This document shows, one piece after another, positions 40,142 to 50,071 of a stretch of DNA of 64,000 nt (positions within the stretch are counted from its first letter, which is position 1; each line of letters begins with the position of its first letter). The stretch covers positions 13,742-77,741 of the IMG/VR virus record IMGVR_UViG_3300042541_003876; one strand, given 5' to 3'. The translations under genes and the position numbers were made by a program. Below the pieces are notes generated by a model. The model ran no database searches. It was not told the DNA's origin and worked only from the letters and a program-made list of their open reading frames with translations. This DNA comes from a virus.

Positions 40142-43100
40142 TTAAAGATTTGAATGTCTGACAAAATTAAGGAAAGAAAAGATGTTTATATTTTTGTTGT
40201 TCTTAGACTCTACTTCAATTTCCAATGAAGCCCATTCTCCACGCAAATCCGCGTAATCCATTCTGTTTTTTAAAGGAACATTATGAACGCCTTCATGAAT
40301 CTGGTACCGGTGATGCTCTCCAAGAATTACTCTTTGTTGTCCTAAACTCGTTTTAGCAATGATTTTTTTAATCGGATAATCAATATTTATTGTAGCAGCC
40401 CACGCTTTGAAAACTTTTACTGTTTGAGGATTATCATTCATGGTAATTTCAATTTTCAAAGTTTTTTGTTCACCAAAAATATTCATGTTAATTCCTTTAT
40501 TGAATTCGTGGATTCTCATTTTATCAGTAATAATTTTTGGAGCAAATACTGAATTTTTCCACATAATAAAAATATTGGAATCAATCTGCATCCATCCATT
40601 AAATACATCAAATAATTCATTAAAAGAAAGCATAAAACTGTTTCCTGATTTAGTAGTCATTCGGATATTTGTTTCTTTGTATTCATCATCATAATAACCT
40701 TCTGTGTCTACAATAGGATCATTTTCAAAAATCTCTCTAAATTTTAATTGCAATGATTTCTGTGTAAGCTTGGGAATAGTATTTTTAACCCACTCAAATC
40801 GCTTTTCATCGATGAATGTAAATCCACCTAATTTCTGATCATTAGATATTGCTTCGACAATTGCTCTACGGATTGAAGTACCAAAATCAGAAACCGGCGT
40901 ATGTCCTGATATCTGGTTTCCGGTTCCCTGCTTCATGGAAATTTCTCCGTTAGTTGTAGGAATTGCAACGTTTTCATTAATTATTAACTCCGATGTTTGA
41001 TTTTCTTGAATAACGAAAATTTTATCAAGAAATTTAGAAAGATTATAAGCTACACCTTTATTTTTTTCAACTTCATAAAAATTGTTTGTTCGAAATGATG
41101 ACCAACTATCAATATAATCTCCATTTAATTTTGGGTCTGATACAGCTAAAATATTTGAAAGATTTGGATCATCTTTAAAATTGTAAGGTTTTGGAATGTA
41201 AGTTTTCAGATTATTTTTTTGTAAATAAGCTTCGTTAATAACACCGCGTTCCCGTGACGAAAAATTTATTTTATCTTTTCCGTCTTTATAAAATAAATCA
41301 TCATGAGTCCATCTTGGTTCTATAGAAGTTTCAATTACTACAGCGTACAAAGCACCTCCTTTTCTTGTATATTCTTCTTCTTCATACTTTGGTCTACATG
41401 ACGAATGATTTTCCATTTTTACTTGATAAACATCATTGTCGTTGAAGTAAGACTTCATTCTTAAAAATAAAGTACAATAAGTATCTCCAAAAACTTTTAT
41501 TTTTTGAATATTATTGGAATAAATCAAAACAGGAATAGTTTCAGATAATGGTGCGTATACATTTTTACTATATGATAATTCTGAACGTCCTCCATAAATA
41601 GAATCTTTATTGTTAATAATAATATTTACTAAAGCATGAGTATCATAGACAGGCATTATTCCATAATAATCTAACTTAGGATCAATGTAACTATGAGCAT
41701 CTAATTTAACTGGACTTTGATTAATAAAGCTATTAGTAAATAAATTTTCTTTTGTTTTAATAAAAACAGTATCATTTCCTACAGCGTGATTTGCAGACAT
41801 AAACAATTCATAATGCAAAGCTGTTCCTGCATTACTTGTATTATTGCATTTTTCATCTGCTCTAGTAGTATCTAAATAATACCACGCTGGTCTTCCAAGT
41901 GTCATTGCATTATTTGACATCTGCTGTTGCATTCCTAATGATGATGAGCTTTTAATTTCTCCAGCTGCAAACCTTTCTGATTTATCAATATTTAAAGAAG
42001 TAAAAATTTCATTAGATTGACTTTCTAAAAACATTGAAAAATGAGTCATTAAAGGTCTTTCATTTTCACTTCCTTCGATATTATCCATTTGAATTCTTCG
42101 GCTGAATGCAGGATAATTTTCTGGAATATATACAGAATATAAAGAATCCCGACGTTTATCATGATTTAATCTTGCAACAGGTTTTACTTTTCCATTTTGA
42201 ATTTTATCAGAACTTATTAAATTGAAAATAATATCTGGAGCATCAAAATAAAATAAATTTCTTGCAGTTACAACTCTTTTATATGGTTCTGATCTATCAG
42301 ATTCATTAATATTATTATCTCCAGTCAAAAGTCCATGATAATCATAAGTTGGTCCACCAAAATAAGGAATATTCCATTTGTTATTTACAGGATCTGGAAG
42401 ATTTACATATTCTGTATGATAAAAATTATTTGTTCTTTCTAATGGCGCCGAAATTCCTTGACAAAGAATACTTCTATTATCTTCTGTGCGTTCAACATAA
42501 ACAATTTGATACATTGAGATTCTATCTTGAAGTTCACAAGATAATCGAACATCAATTTCCAAATAAATACCAATTGACTTTAATAATTCGCCTTCAGTAA
42601 TACTATTTTTATAAGTTTCTGAAGTAATTACAGGGTTTCCGTTTTCATCAATATAACTGATCTGTTCATTTAAATCCGGAATCTTAATGTCACCTAATGG
42701 AACTACAAATGGAGTACTGCCATCTTTTAACCAGACTTGTAATCCAAGTCGGTATATTTCACCTTTCATGAAATATCTTTTTTGATTTGGCTTTACTAAG
42801 TCTACCAAAGGTTTTGTAGTTAGAAATCCTCCCGTAGATTTTCTTGCTAAATCTGCTTGTTCAGTTTTAAAAGTAACGCGAATCCCATTACCTTGGTTAA
42901 ACCCTAAACTTTGATAACCTCTTATTTTTGTTCCTGGAGAATTTAAGTTTTGAAATTTAATTTCATCCTGATAATCTTCGATGATCTGAATAGTACTATA
43001 CTTAAATTCTAAATTTGAAAAATCAAAATCAACCAATAGGTTTATTTTTGAAAACAGAATTTTGTTTTGAATAAATTCAACTTTTACATTTAGAAATTTT

Positions 43101-44725
43101 GAAAGAAATTCCGGAGTGTTTTTTATACTATTTAGCCAGCTCCAAACTTCATCGATATATTCTTCATAATTCATCTGAACTTTCTCTTCGATAAAAGTTT
43201 CCATAGATTCTCCCGAAGATTTATTAACAAGCGCAATGGTAAAGCTTTGGAAAACCTGAATTGAATTGTATAGTTTTTTATCAGAATAAAACATTTTGTT
43301 TTGATTCAGCGGATCAATCCAAGCATATTCTGTCGGATCAGGATTCATATAAGATTCGTGACTTTCTCCGGTTTTTCTCCAGCCGTGTAATGCAAAGAAA
43401 TGAGTAACATTATTAAAGTATGCCGGAATAGGCTCATTTCTCAATCCTGAAGCAATTAATAAATTTTTCTTACTGGATATATCAGAACAGTATTTCCATG
43501 AGTTTTTTCGTACTAAAATATCACTCAAAGTTAAATCAGTGCTAAATTCACTTTCGTTTCCATAATGATTAAAATAAACAACTGGTGCAGCTGCTTTAAT
43601 TCCCAATGTACGAATAGAAGTCGGTGAACCGTTTGCTTCATATTCAATAGCAATACATTCAATTTCTTTAAAATTTTTGTAGTTTAAAATATTACATTTT
43701 ATTACAACATTTTTTGAAGTAGTTTCAGAGACATCACCGCCGGCAAAGCCTAAATCAGTATCATTTTTTAAAATCTTAACATCATCTGAAATAGGAGAAA
43801 ACTCACTTGTTTGTCCGTTTGCTGTAATCAATCGATAAACATACAATGATGTTCCGGCTTTAATTTGTCCGTTATTTTCTACACTGTCAATAAGTGGTCG
43901 TAACATCGGAACATTTTGAAACGTAGAAAATTCTAAAGCTTTTCTGTTTGCAAGATTAGAATCTTTGATATTGATTACTTTGAAGTAATTCACATAATCG
44001 GTAAAATAAACGCGTTTGTAAAAAGTATTTTCATTGACTCCAAGTGTTACTACTTTGGCATTTAAAGGAAGATTTAAATTCCCAGACCATAATAATTTGT
44101 CTCTTATTTCTCCAGTATCTTTGTCAATAGTCAGTGACATAATAAAATCTACATAATCAACATTGTTTTCTGGAATCTGATTTGTAATTATTTCACATAA
44201 TTGATAGTTAGCATCATCGGTGAGAATTTCTTCAAAATAAAAACTCAAATCAATTTCTTCATTACTATTTTCTGTTTCGGAAAATGGAACATCAATGATT
44301 AAAGATTCATTCCCTTCCGTCGGAACAATTTCTTGTATAGTAATGGATTTTACAAAAAGATCAAAATTGATTGTTTTTGAAAAATCGGAATAAGGAATAT
44401 TAATATTTATGTAAGAAGCTCGTAATTGTTCTTTAGTGATAGTTTCGAAATCATCATCAATTGGATCATCCGAAGTTCTATTAACTTTTCCAATTAAAAT
44501 CAGTTCATCATCAAAAGCACAATATCCATTATAAACTACTACAGAAGGATTACTGTAAACTTCTTTTGTTCCTTTTATAGAACTAAAAGCAATCGTTCCA
44601 TTGTGAGAATGTAATCTACCGTTTACTCCGTTTTGATATGATTTTGATGACTCTGCATGTTGGTCGAAATCTGTCTTTAAACCGTCAATAAATACATTTA
44701 GAGACTCGTAATTGATGCTATTCAT
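40142..44725 (-). CDS. tail muzzle / stabilization protein (P22 gp10-like, crAss-type)
   Basis: 1527 aa, beta-rich, with VYFTD, YVYRL, YRLGL, YGG, GDTY and a C-terminal LRGEW. Synteny fits. Confidence 0.8.
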   Translation of the reverse strand: MNSINYESLNVFIDGLKTDFDQHAESSKSYQNGVNGRLHSHNGTIAFSSIKGTKEVYSNPSVVVYNGYCAFDDELILIGKVNRTSDDPIDDDFETITKEQLRASYININIPYSDFSKTINFDLFVKSITIQEIVPTEGNESLIIDVPFSETENSNEEIDLSFYFEEILTDDANYQLCEIITNQIPENNVDYVDFIMSLTIDKDTGEIRDKLLWSGNLNLPLNAKVVTLGVNENTFYKRVYFTDYVNYFKVINIKDSNLANRKALEFSTFQNVPMLRPLIDSVENNGQIKAGTSLYVYRLITANGQTSEFSPISDDVKILKNDTDLGFAGGDVSETTSKNVVIKCNILNYKNFKEIECIAIEYEANGSPTSIRTLGIKAAAPVVYFNHYGNESEFSTDLTLSDILVRKNSWKYCSDISSKKNLLIASGLRNEPIPAYFNNVTHFFALHGWRKTGESHESYMNPDPTEYAWIDPLNQNKMFYSDKKLYNSIQVFQSFTIALVNKSSGESMETFIEEKVQMNYEEYIDEVWSWLNSIKNTPEFLSKFLNVKVEFIQNKILFSKINLLVDFDFSNLEFKYSTIQIIEDYQDEIKFQNLNSPGTKIRGYQSLGFNQGNGIRVTFKTEQADLARKSTGGFLTTKPLVDLVKPNQKRYFMKGEIYRLGLQVWLKDGSTPFVVPLGDIKIPDLNEQISYIDENGNPVITSETYKNSITEGELLKSIGIYLEIDVRLSCELQDRISMYQIVYVERTEDNRSILCQGISAPLERTNNFYHTEYVNLPDPVNNKWNIPYFGGPTYDYHGLLTGDNNINESDRSEPYKRVVTARNLFYFDAPDIIFNLISSDKIQNGKVKPVARLNHDKRRDSLYSVYIPENYPAFSRRIQMDNIEGSENERPLMTHFSMFLESQSNEIFTSLNIDKSERFAAGEIKSSSSLGMQQQMSNNAMTLGRPAWYYLDTTRADEKCNNTSNAGTALHYELFMSANHAVGNDTVFIKTKENLFTNSFINQSPVKLDAHSYIDPKLDYYGIMPVYDTHALVNIIINNKDSIYGGRSELSYSKNVYAPLSETIPVLIYSNNIQKIKVFGDTYCTLFLRMKSYFNDNDVYQVKMENHSSCRPKYEEEEYTRKGGALYAVVIETSIEPRWTHDDLFYKDGKDKINFSSRERGVINEAYLQKNNLKTYIPKPYNFKDDPNLSNILAVSDPKLNGDYIDSWSSFRTNNFYEVEKNKGVAYNLSKFLDKIFVIQENQTSELIINENVAIPTTNGEISMKQGTGNQISGHTPVSDFGTSIRRAIVEAISNDQKLGGFTFIDEKRFEWVKNTIPKLTQKSLQLKFREIFENDPIVDTEGYYDDEYKETNIRMTTKSGNSFMLSFNELFDVFNGWMQIDSNIFIMWKNSVFAPKIITDKMRIHEFNKGINMNIFGEQKTLKIEITMNDNPQTVKVFKAWAATINIDYPIKKIIAKTSLGQQRVILGEHHRYQIHEGVHNVPLKNRMDYADLRGEWASLEIEVESKNNKNINIFSFLNFVRHSNL

Positions 44726-44743
44726 TGTAAGAATTATTTACAT

Positions 44744-44751
44744 CAAAAATA
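44744..44751 (-). promoter_or_regulatory. Bacteroidota-type -7 promoter element (TATTTTTG)
   Basis: Matches TAnnTTTG, 18 nt upstream of the muzzle ATG and just after a terminator. Confidence 0.5.
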
Positions 44752-44756
44752 CATAT

Positions 44757-44782
44757 AAAAAAAAACTCCGAAGATTTCAGAG
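44757..44782 (-). terminator. intrinsic terminator
   Basis: Minus strand CTCTGAA-atc-TTCGGAG followed by a T9 run. Confidence 0.75.
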
Positions 44783-44798
44783 GTTTTACAATTTGGCA

Positions 44799-44844
44799 TT
44801 GACAACTCCCCCGTCTAAAGACCCAAGTGTAGGGGACTTTCTTG
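44799..44844 (-). mobile_element. possible IS200/IS605-family end remnant (PATE-like mini element)
   Basis: Minus strand CAAGAAAGTCCCCT...GTCTTTAGAC-GGGGGAGTTGTCAA: a GC-rich hairpin with a TTTA loop, ending in TCAA. Confidence 0.4.
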
Positions 44845-44883
44845 AAAAAATGGCGTAAAAGCTTTTCCTAGACTTTAATTAAT

Positions 44884-44912
44884 AAAAAAAATGGTAACGA
44901 TTCTCATTACCA
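44884..44912 (-). terminator. intrinsic terminator after the endolysin
   Basis: Minus strand TGGTAATGA-gaa-TCGTTACCA followed by a T run. Confidence 0.75.
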
Positions 44913-44947
44913 ATTAAATAAACATCTCATTTTTTTTTAATTAATAA

Positions 44948-45487
44948 TTATTTTAGAGCATCATATTTTAATAAAATTAAAGCTATTTCTTTGTTAAGTT
45001 TTTCCGTGTATAATGTGTATTTATCCATGTCTAAAACAGAAGAAATAAAACAAATTTCCCACAAAACAGAAATTCCTGCTTTTAAATTTAAAATACCAAT
45101 TCTTGGATGTTGAGAACTTGCTTCTGATTTTACACCTCTGTTTTTTATTCCTAAAATTGTAGAAGTTACTTTACATATTTCCGCAGACATTTTGTAAGAC
45201 AATGAGTCTTTATTTGAAAAATCTGCTTTATTTACATAACATTCCGTTCCTGTAGCTGTAGGTGTTCCGGAATTAAAATGAATATCAAAAACTACTGAAC
45301 CATTTCCTGGTTTAATTCTACTTTGATACTGACTATTATTTTCAAAATCTTTATCTTTTATAACTTGATTTTGAAATAAATGAAATCCAATAAGCTCTCT
45401 TGATTGTTTTGTTAAATTTCTTTCAATGTATTTTCCAGAAACTGCTCCTGGATCTTTATCGTGATGACCTGCTGATAAGTATATCAT
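44948..45487 (-). CDS. endolysin, N-acetylmuramoyl-L-alanine amidase (Amidase_3)
   Basis: Zinc and catalytic residues in LSAGH, IERNL, DIHFNS and VLWEICFIS. Confidence 0.93.
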   Translation of the reverse strand: MIYLSAGHHDKDPGAVSGKYIERNLTKQSRELIGFHLFQNQVIKDKDFENNSQYQSRIKPGNGSVVFDIHFNSGTPTATGTECYVNKADFSNKDSLSYKMSAEICKVTSTILGIKNRGVKSEASSQHPRIGILNLKAGISVLWEICFISSVLDMDKYTLYTEKLNKEIALILLKYDALK

Positions 45488-45585
45488 TTTAATTTAGTTA
45501 TTTAAGGTTTATTAAATAAGCAATCTTGAAAAAAATTTAAACTCATGTCTGGATTATTATTTAACGATTGCAAGATTGCTTATGA

Positions 45586-45843
45586 TTATTTAAAATTTTT
45601 AAGTTGTAAATCTTTTTGTTTAATTATATTTTTCAAACTATCAATTTTATATGCTTTAGAAATAATATTAATCCTCAAACTATCGTCAATTTTGCTTTCG
45701 TATTCAATCGAAAAATCAATTAATGAATCTAGTTCTTTCTCTTTCTTGTCAGTTTTATATGGCTCTTTTGTTGGCTCTTTTAACGTTAAATTTACTGCTG
45801 TCGCAATTAAAACAACAAAAGCGCTATACATTATTGTTTTCAT
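45586..45843 (-). CDS. membrane-anchored coiled-coil lysis-region protein (spanin-like?)
   Basis: N-terminal TM/signal segment followed by a coiled coil, located between holin candidates and the amidase. Confidence 0.55.
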   Translation of the reverse strand: MKTIMYSAFVVLIATAVNLTLKEPTKEPYKTDKKEKELDSLIDFSIEYESKIDDSLRINIISKAYKIDSLKNIIKQKDLQLKNFK

Positions 45844-46088
45844 TTTATACTATCTTTTAAAGATTGTTTTTGAACAATTACAATTATTTTTTCGTGCAAA
45901 AGTTCAATTTTATTTTCTAAAACTTTTGAATGCTGCATACATTCTTTAAGGTTGTTTTGGTCTGTAATAGACTGCTTTTCCTCGCTTCTTCGCCAAAAAC
46001 CAAATATTGTTATTAATGCGATAATTGTTGCAAAAGCGTAATATGTACTTTGATTTCTGCTAAAATCTTGGAAGCTTGGCATTTTCAT
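45840..46088 (-). CDS. single-TM holin-like protein with an MKM dual-start motif
   Basis: Starts MKMP, has the TM segment YYAFATIIALITIFGFW and a C-terminal coiled coil. Confidence 0.55.
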   Translation of the reverse strand: MKMPSFQDFSRNQSTYYAFATIIALITIFGFWRRSEEKQSITDQNNLKECMQHSKVLENKIELLHEKIIVIVQKQSLKDSIK

Positions 46089-46186
46089 TTCTTTTTGTAT
46101 TTTTTGATTATTAAAACTATCCAGACAATGCTCTCAAATAAAAGAATTAAAATATTCTCGTAAATTTCTTTTATAATGCTTTGCAT
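46085..46186 (-). CDS. 33-aa membrane peptide; not in the ORF track
   Basis: MQSIIKEIYENILILLFESIVWIVLIIKKYKKK, with an ATGA overlap with the next gene. Confidence 0.5.
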   Translation of the reverse strand: MQSIIKEIYENILILLFESIVWIVLIIKKYKKK

Positions 46187-46481
46187 ATTCAATTATGATT
46201 ATTGTTGGAATTAAAATAAAGTCTGAATAGCTATAATGTTTTTCTTCAAAAAAATATAGACTTATAATATTGCTTAAAATTATTGACAAAAATATACTTT
46301 CTAATAAGCCAAATAAACCTACTTTATAAGCATTATATTTGATCGCCAAAATAATTATAATTGAGTATATCGAAACCTTTAAATCCCAAAACTTAACTAC
46401 ATCATAAGGGTGTAAGAAATTACATATTTGAAAATTCAGGAAGTAAAGAGCAATAATTATAAAACCTAATAATTTATTCAT
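46134..46481 (-). CDS. multi-pass membrane protein
   Basis: About four hydrophobic segments in 115 aa. Confidence 0.65.
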   Translation of the reverse strand: MNKLLGFIIIALYFLNFQICNFLHPYDVVKFWDLKVSIYSIIIILAIKYNAYKVGLFGLLESIFLSIILSNIISLYFFEEKHYSYSDFILIPTIIIIEYAKHYKRNLREYFNSFI

Positions 46482-46486
46482 TTTTT

Positions 46487-46723
46487 TTACTTTCTTGGCG
46501 GATAATTAGGGTTTTGCGGGTCTGTATTGTCAGATATTTCAGAATCTTCCATCGAAGAAGATTTAATAATTGTTGATGCAGAATCTTTTGAAAATAATCC
46601 AATAATAAAGCCTACTGCTCCTAAAAGATATACACTTTGTGTTTGGTCAATTTTATTTGTGTAAAGCAATCCTGCTACGGTTGCGGATAAAATACCGCCT
46701 AATGTTGTTTTCCAGTTCTTCAT
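46487..46723 (-). CDS. putative holin (two TM segments)
   Basis: MKNWKTTLGGIL...GFIIGLFSKD pattern. Confidence 0.7.
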   Translation of the reverse strand: MKNWKTTLGGILSATVAGLLYTNKIDQTQSVYLLGAVGFIIGLFSKDSASTIIKSSSMEDSEISDNTDPQNPNYPPRK

Positions 46724-46739
46724 TTTGTTGTTAAATTAA

Positions 46740-48662
46740 TTATGTTAATAGTCTTATAGACTGTATATTAGTTGTATCCAAAGTCATTATAGTATTTCCA
46801 TTAACCCGAGATATTTTAATTCTAAAACCTCCAGCTGTTGCTCCTACTGGCAATTGAAAGTTGTCATTTCCACCACTTTGAACATACGAGTTTATAACGC
46901 TAACTTGCTTGCTTGTAAATGTTTCTGTGGTCAATTCCGAATTATATAAGAAACTCCTAAAAATAGCATCATTTGGTCTATGAAGCGTTACCAAGAAAGT
47001 ATCTCCAGAACCGCCACTTGTAATAGTACCACTCAACAATAAAATAATATTTATCGAAAAATACTTTTGTGTCAAATTACTACATCTTATCAAATTATTT
47101 GCACTATCATAATAAAATGGTGAACCCTCATTTAAAGGCGTAACTCCACCACATATTAAAGCGGTCAAATCTACTGGTGTAGCAGAATTAATTACTTGTG
47201 TAGTTGCCAGCGTTTTGTTGAAAATTATACCTTGGTCTAGTTGCTCTAATCCAATATTAGAAGCAATTTTATTTCTAACACCACCTGAAACAAAGTGCAA
47301 ATTAGCACCATCAAACTCTAACATACCATTTGTTGGAGTTACATCTAAAGGTGTGTTTTTTAGAATAACTTTTTTAGCTTTTAATTTATCCCCGACTTCA
47401 AACTCACCACTTTCTCTTGTAAATGAATAAGCAAGACCAGCATAGTCACCATTATTGTCATAATAATATGTAAACAAATTACCTCCCGAAATTGCTCCCG
47501 TTTCAGAACCTGTCCATTCGGTCGCATATCTAAGCTTATTGCCTACAAGCATATTATTATTAATAGTCTCTAACCCATCTGTTTTTCTTTGATTAAAATT
47601 TCCTTTATTTTCAATTCCGGAAACTTTTAATGAGCCATTAATATCTAGCATGAAGTCATTTTCAGCAATTCCAGAATCAAACTCATAACCTATCCTAGTT
47701 TTGCCTGCTAAATAATTTATGTCAGATAATCCCTCCTGCATTATCCCATATGCATTATTAATTCCAACTCTTTTTAAAGGCTTAATAACTAATCCATAAG
47801 CTCTATTAATAGTAGTGCCGTGCATTTCGTTAATATAAGACTTAAAAGAGGTAAATGATTCAACGTAAGTAGTATTTGCCCCGTAGCCTGTTAAAGCTCC
47901 CTCGACAGATGTAATTGAATTTACAGAGCCGCTTGCTCCTGTTCTAATTCGGTTAATTATCTCGGCACCAGTAATACTATCAATAGTACCCATATTTCCT
48001 TCCATAACCATTACACCACCAAGATAACCTATTTGAGCACCCGATGCAAACACTCCTAAATCGGTGCTTATATTAGTATAAGCCTCGTTACTTACTACTG
48101 TTGAATAATCTGAAGCGGTTTGATGCAAGTACAAATCTGAATATATTCCAATCATTCCAGGATTTCCAGTTGGCACAACCCAGCTCATATCCTCATGCCA
48201 AGTATAAAATTTTGCACCTGCTGAATTGACGGTATCACCTACAATGACTGATTTTAATTCGTCATCTAAAATTTTTATTCTATTAAAAACATTGAATAAT
48301 TGTGAATTTGGCATATCATAGCCTACCCATAATTTTCCATCAACTTTTCCCCCAGTTTTATCATATTTATTATTTAATGAAACATCTACTTCATCAATTG
48401 TATATGCGCCAACGTTTGCGGCGCTAGTCCCATGAGGGTTGCCATTCGTCTGTGAATGTTGATAAGCTATTTCAGTTCTTTGGCTATATAGTACTGATAT
48501 ATTTGACGAATTATCAGTCACATACCTATCATGCGTACCTGCTCCGTTTTTCAAAAGATAAGCGTTATCAGGCTCAAATGGCTTAGTCACTCCATTTTTA
48601 TCAATAAAAGTATTATTGACAAAATCTATTGATTGAACAATTTGTTCTTTGATTCTACTCAT
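46740..48662 (-). CDS. tail fibre / receptor-binding protein
   Basis: HSQTNGNPHGTSAANVGAY and KYDKTGG fibre motifs, G/beta-rich body. Confidence 0.75.
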   Translation of the reverse strand: MSRIKEQIVQSIDFVNNTFIDKNGVTKPFEPDNAYLLKNGAGTHDRYVTDNSSNISVLYSQRTEIAYQHSQTNGNPHGTSAANVGAYTIDEVDVSLNNKYDKTGGKVDGKLWVGYDMPNSQLFNVFNRIKILDDELKSVIVGDTVNSAGAKFYTWHEDMSWVVPTGNPGMIGIYSDLYLHQTASDYSTVVSNEAYTNISTDLGVFASGAQIGYLGGVMVMEGNMGTIDSITGAEIINRIRTGASGSVNSITSVEGALTGYGANTTYVESFTSFKSYINEMHGTTINRAYGLVIKPLKRVGINNAYGIMQEGLSDINYLAGKTRIGYEFDSGIAENDFMLDINGSLKVSGIENKGNFNQRKTDGLETINNNMLVGNKLRYATEWTGSETGAISGGNLFTYYYDNNGDYAGLAYSFTRESGEFEVGDKLKAKKVILKNTPLDVTPTNGMLEFDGANLHFVSGGVRNKIASNIGLEQLDQGIIFNKTLATTQVINSATPVDLTALICGGVTPLNEGSPFYYDSANNLIRCSNLTQKYFSINIILLLSGTITSGGSGDTFLVTLHRPNDAIFRSFLYNSELTTETFTSKQVSVINSYVQSGGNDNFQLPVGATAGGFRIKISRVNGNTIMTLDTTNIQSIRLLT

Positions 48663-48664
48663 TA

Positions 48665-49573
48665 TTAAACGTATTCTATAATTATTTCAAATAAACGTGT
48701 CGTGAAATCATCTGCGTTAACTTGCCCAAGATTAATATTTTGGTATATTTGACCAGCTATCAATGTGATTTCTGAAATTGTAGTATCTGACTCGGCATGA
48801 TAAAGTTTTAACATAATGTTTTGAGATTCAGATGTCATGTCTATCGAAGTTGACAAAACTGAAACATAATTGTAATTAATAAAAGGAGTTAAAATTGCCG
48901 AAGAAGAGTTGTTTGAACTTAAAGATTCAGTCTTATAACCTGATGATAAGAATAAATCTTTTGAAAATGACGTTACATTACTCACGGTAAAGTTAATTGG
49001 TGTTCCATTTATTAAGTCATCTCCTCCTCCAATGTCTAGTATATTAGCACTTATAGAAAAGGATTTGTTTATTGTCCCAAAATCTTCTCCTAATGGTAAT
49101 GTCTTAAAAGCCTTGCTTAATGGTACTACTTCATCTAAAATATAATTAATAACTAAATACTTCCCATTGGGTAAATTAAAATCTTTCTCCTCCTCACTCG
49201 TAAATGTTATTGGAAAATCTTCCGAAATAAAATTAAAACTTGCAACATTACTACTATCAATTATTTTAAATCCTAAATTCCCATTAGCTAATATTTTAAT
49301 ATAATTTCCATTAAGATTAGCAGCTGATTTTGTGATTCTAAATCCGCTTAAATCATTTATATAATTAGATATTTGCTTTGCCTGTTCATCTGTAAGGTTA
49401 TTAAAGATATTATCAATAATATCTTTAGTTTCTAAAATAGATCCCTTTACGGTGTTAAAGTCCACGAAACTATGATACTTATTCTCTTCTCCTGCTGGTA
49501 TATCTTGACCCATTGTAGGGTGCTTTTCTTTGTCTTGAATTAACGCTAATGCGTCTAAATTTGGTGTTGTCAT
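48665..49573 (-). CDS. putative tail-associated structural protein
   Basis: 302 aa, beta-rich, within the fibre block. Confidence 0.55.
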   Translation of the reverse strand: MTTPNLDALALIQDKEKHPTMGQDIPAGEENKYHSFVDFNTVKGSILETKDIIDNIFNNLTDEQAKQISNYINDLSGFRITKSAANLNGNYIKILANGNLGFKIIDSSNVASFNFISEDFPITFTSEEEKDFNLPNGKYLVINYILDEVVPLSKAFKTLPLGEDFGTINKSFSISANILDIGGGDDLINGTPINFTVSNVTSFSKDLFLSSGYKTESLSSNNSSSAILTPFINYNYVSVLSTSIDMTSESQNIMLKLYHAESDTTISEITLIAGQIYQNINLGQVNADDFTTRLFEIIIEYV

Positions 49574-49576
49574 TTT

Positions 49577-50053
49577 TTAAAATATTTGATTAAATGTGTA
49601 ATTAAACCCTAATGTTTGCGGTGTATCATCCCAAAGTCCTATGCCTGTATCATTAAACATCTCTACAATGTAATTATATTTAAGTTCGTCCAAATGAAAA
49701 TTTTGACCAATTGAACCCCCTTGTATTCCAGTTAATTCATTATGTACTGATGTTCCCCCACCGCCGGAACCCCCACCTTTTTTAAAAAGTATCGGTGTTA
49801 ATACTTCTGATAACTCTTCGTAAGTATCATAAGTTATTCCATCTACTTCAATTTCTTGAACAGTTATACCTTGAAAAAGAAAATCTCCTGTATGTACGTT
49901 TCTAGCAATTACAGGGATTTTAGCCGGATCCTTTTTCAAAGCACCATATCTTTCAAGCTGATAGATTTTAGGTCTTGATTCGAAAAAATTAATGGATTGA
50001 TCTTTAAATTTAAAAGCATCATCTCCGGACTCAATTTGAATTTTTATTGGCAT
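49577..50053 (-). CDS. putative structural protein
   Basis: GGGSGGGG linker, VHNELTGIQGG fibre-type motif and C-terminal FNYTFNQIF. Confidence 0.55.
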   Translation of the reverse strand: MPIKIQIESGDDAFKFKDQSINFFESRPKIYQLERYGALKKDPAKIPVIARNVHTGDFLFQGITVQEIEVDGITYDTYEELSEVLTPILFKKGGGSGGGGTSVHNELTGIQGGSIGQNFHLDELKYNYIVEMFNDTGIGLWDDTPQTLGFNYTFNQIF

Positions 50054-50071
50054 TTTATATTTTTTTTATTA

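Noticed and set aside
45545-45949. Plus-strand 134-aa hydrophobic ORF
   Set aside because: It is antisense to two coupled lysis-region genes and has no supporting signals.
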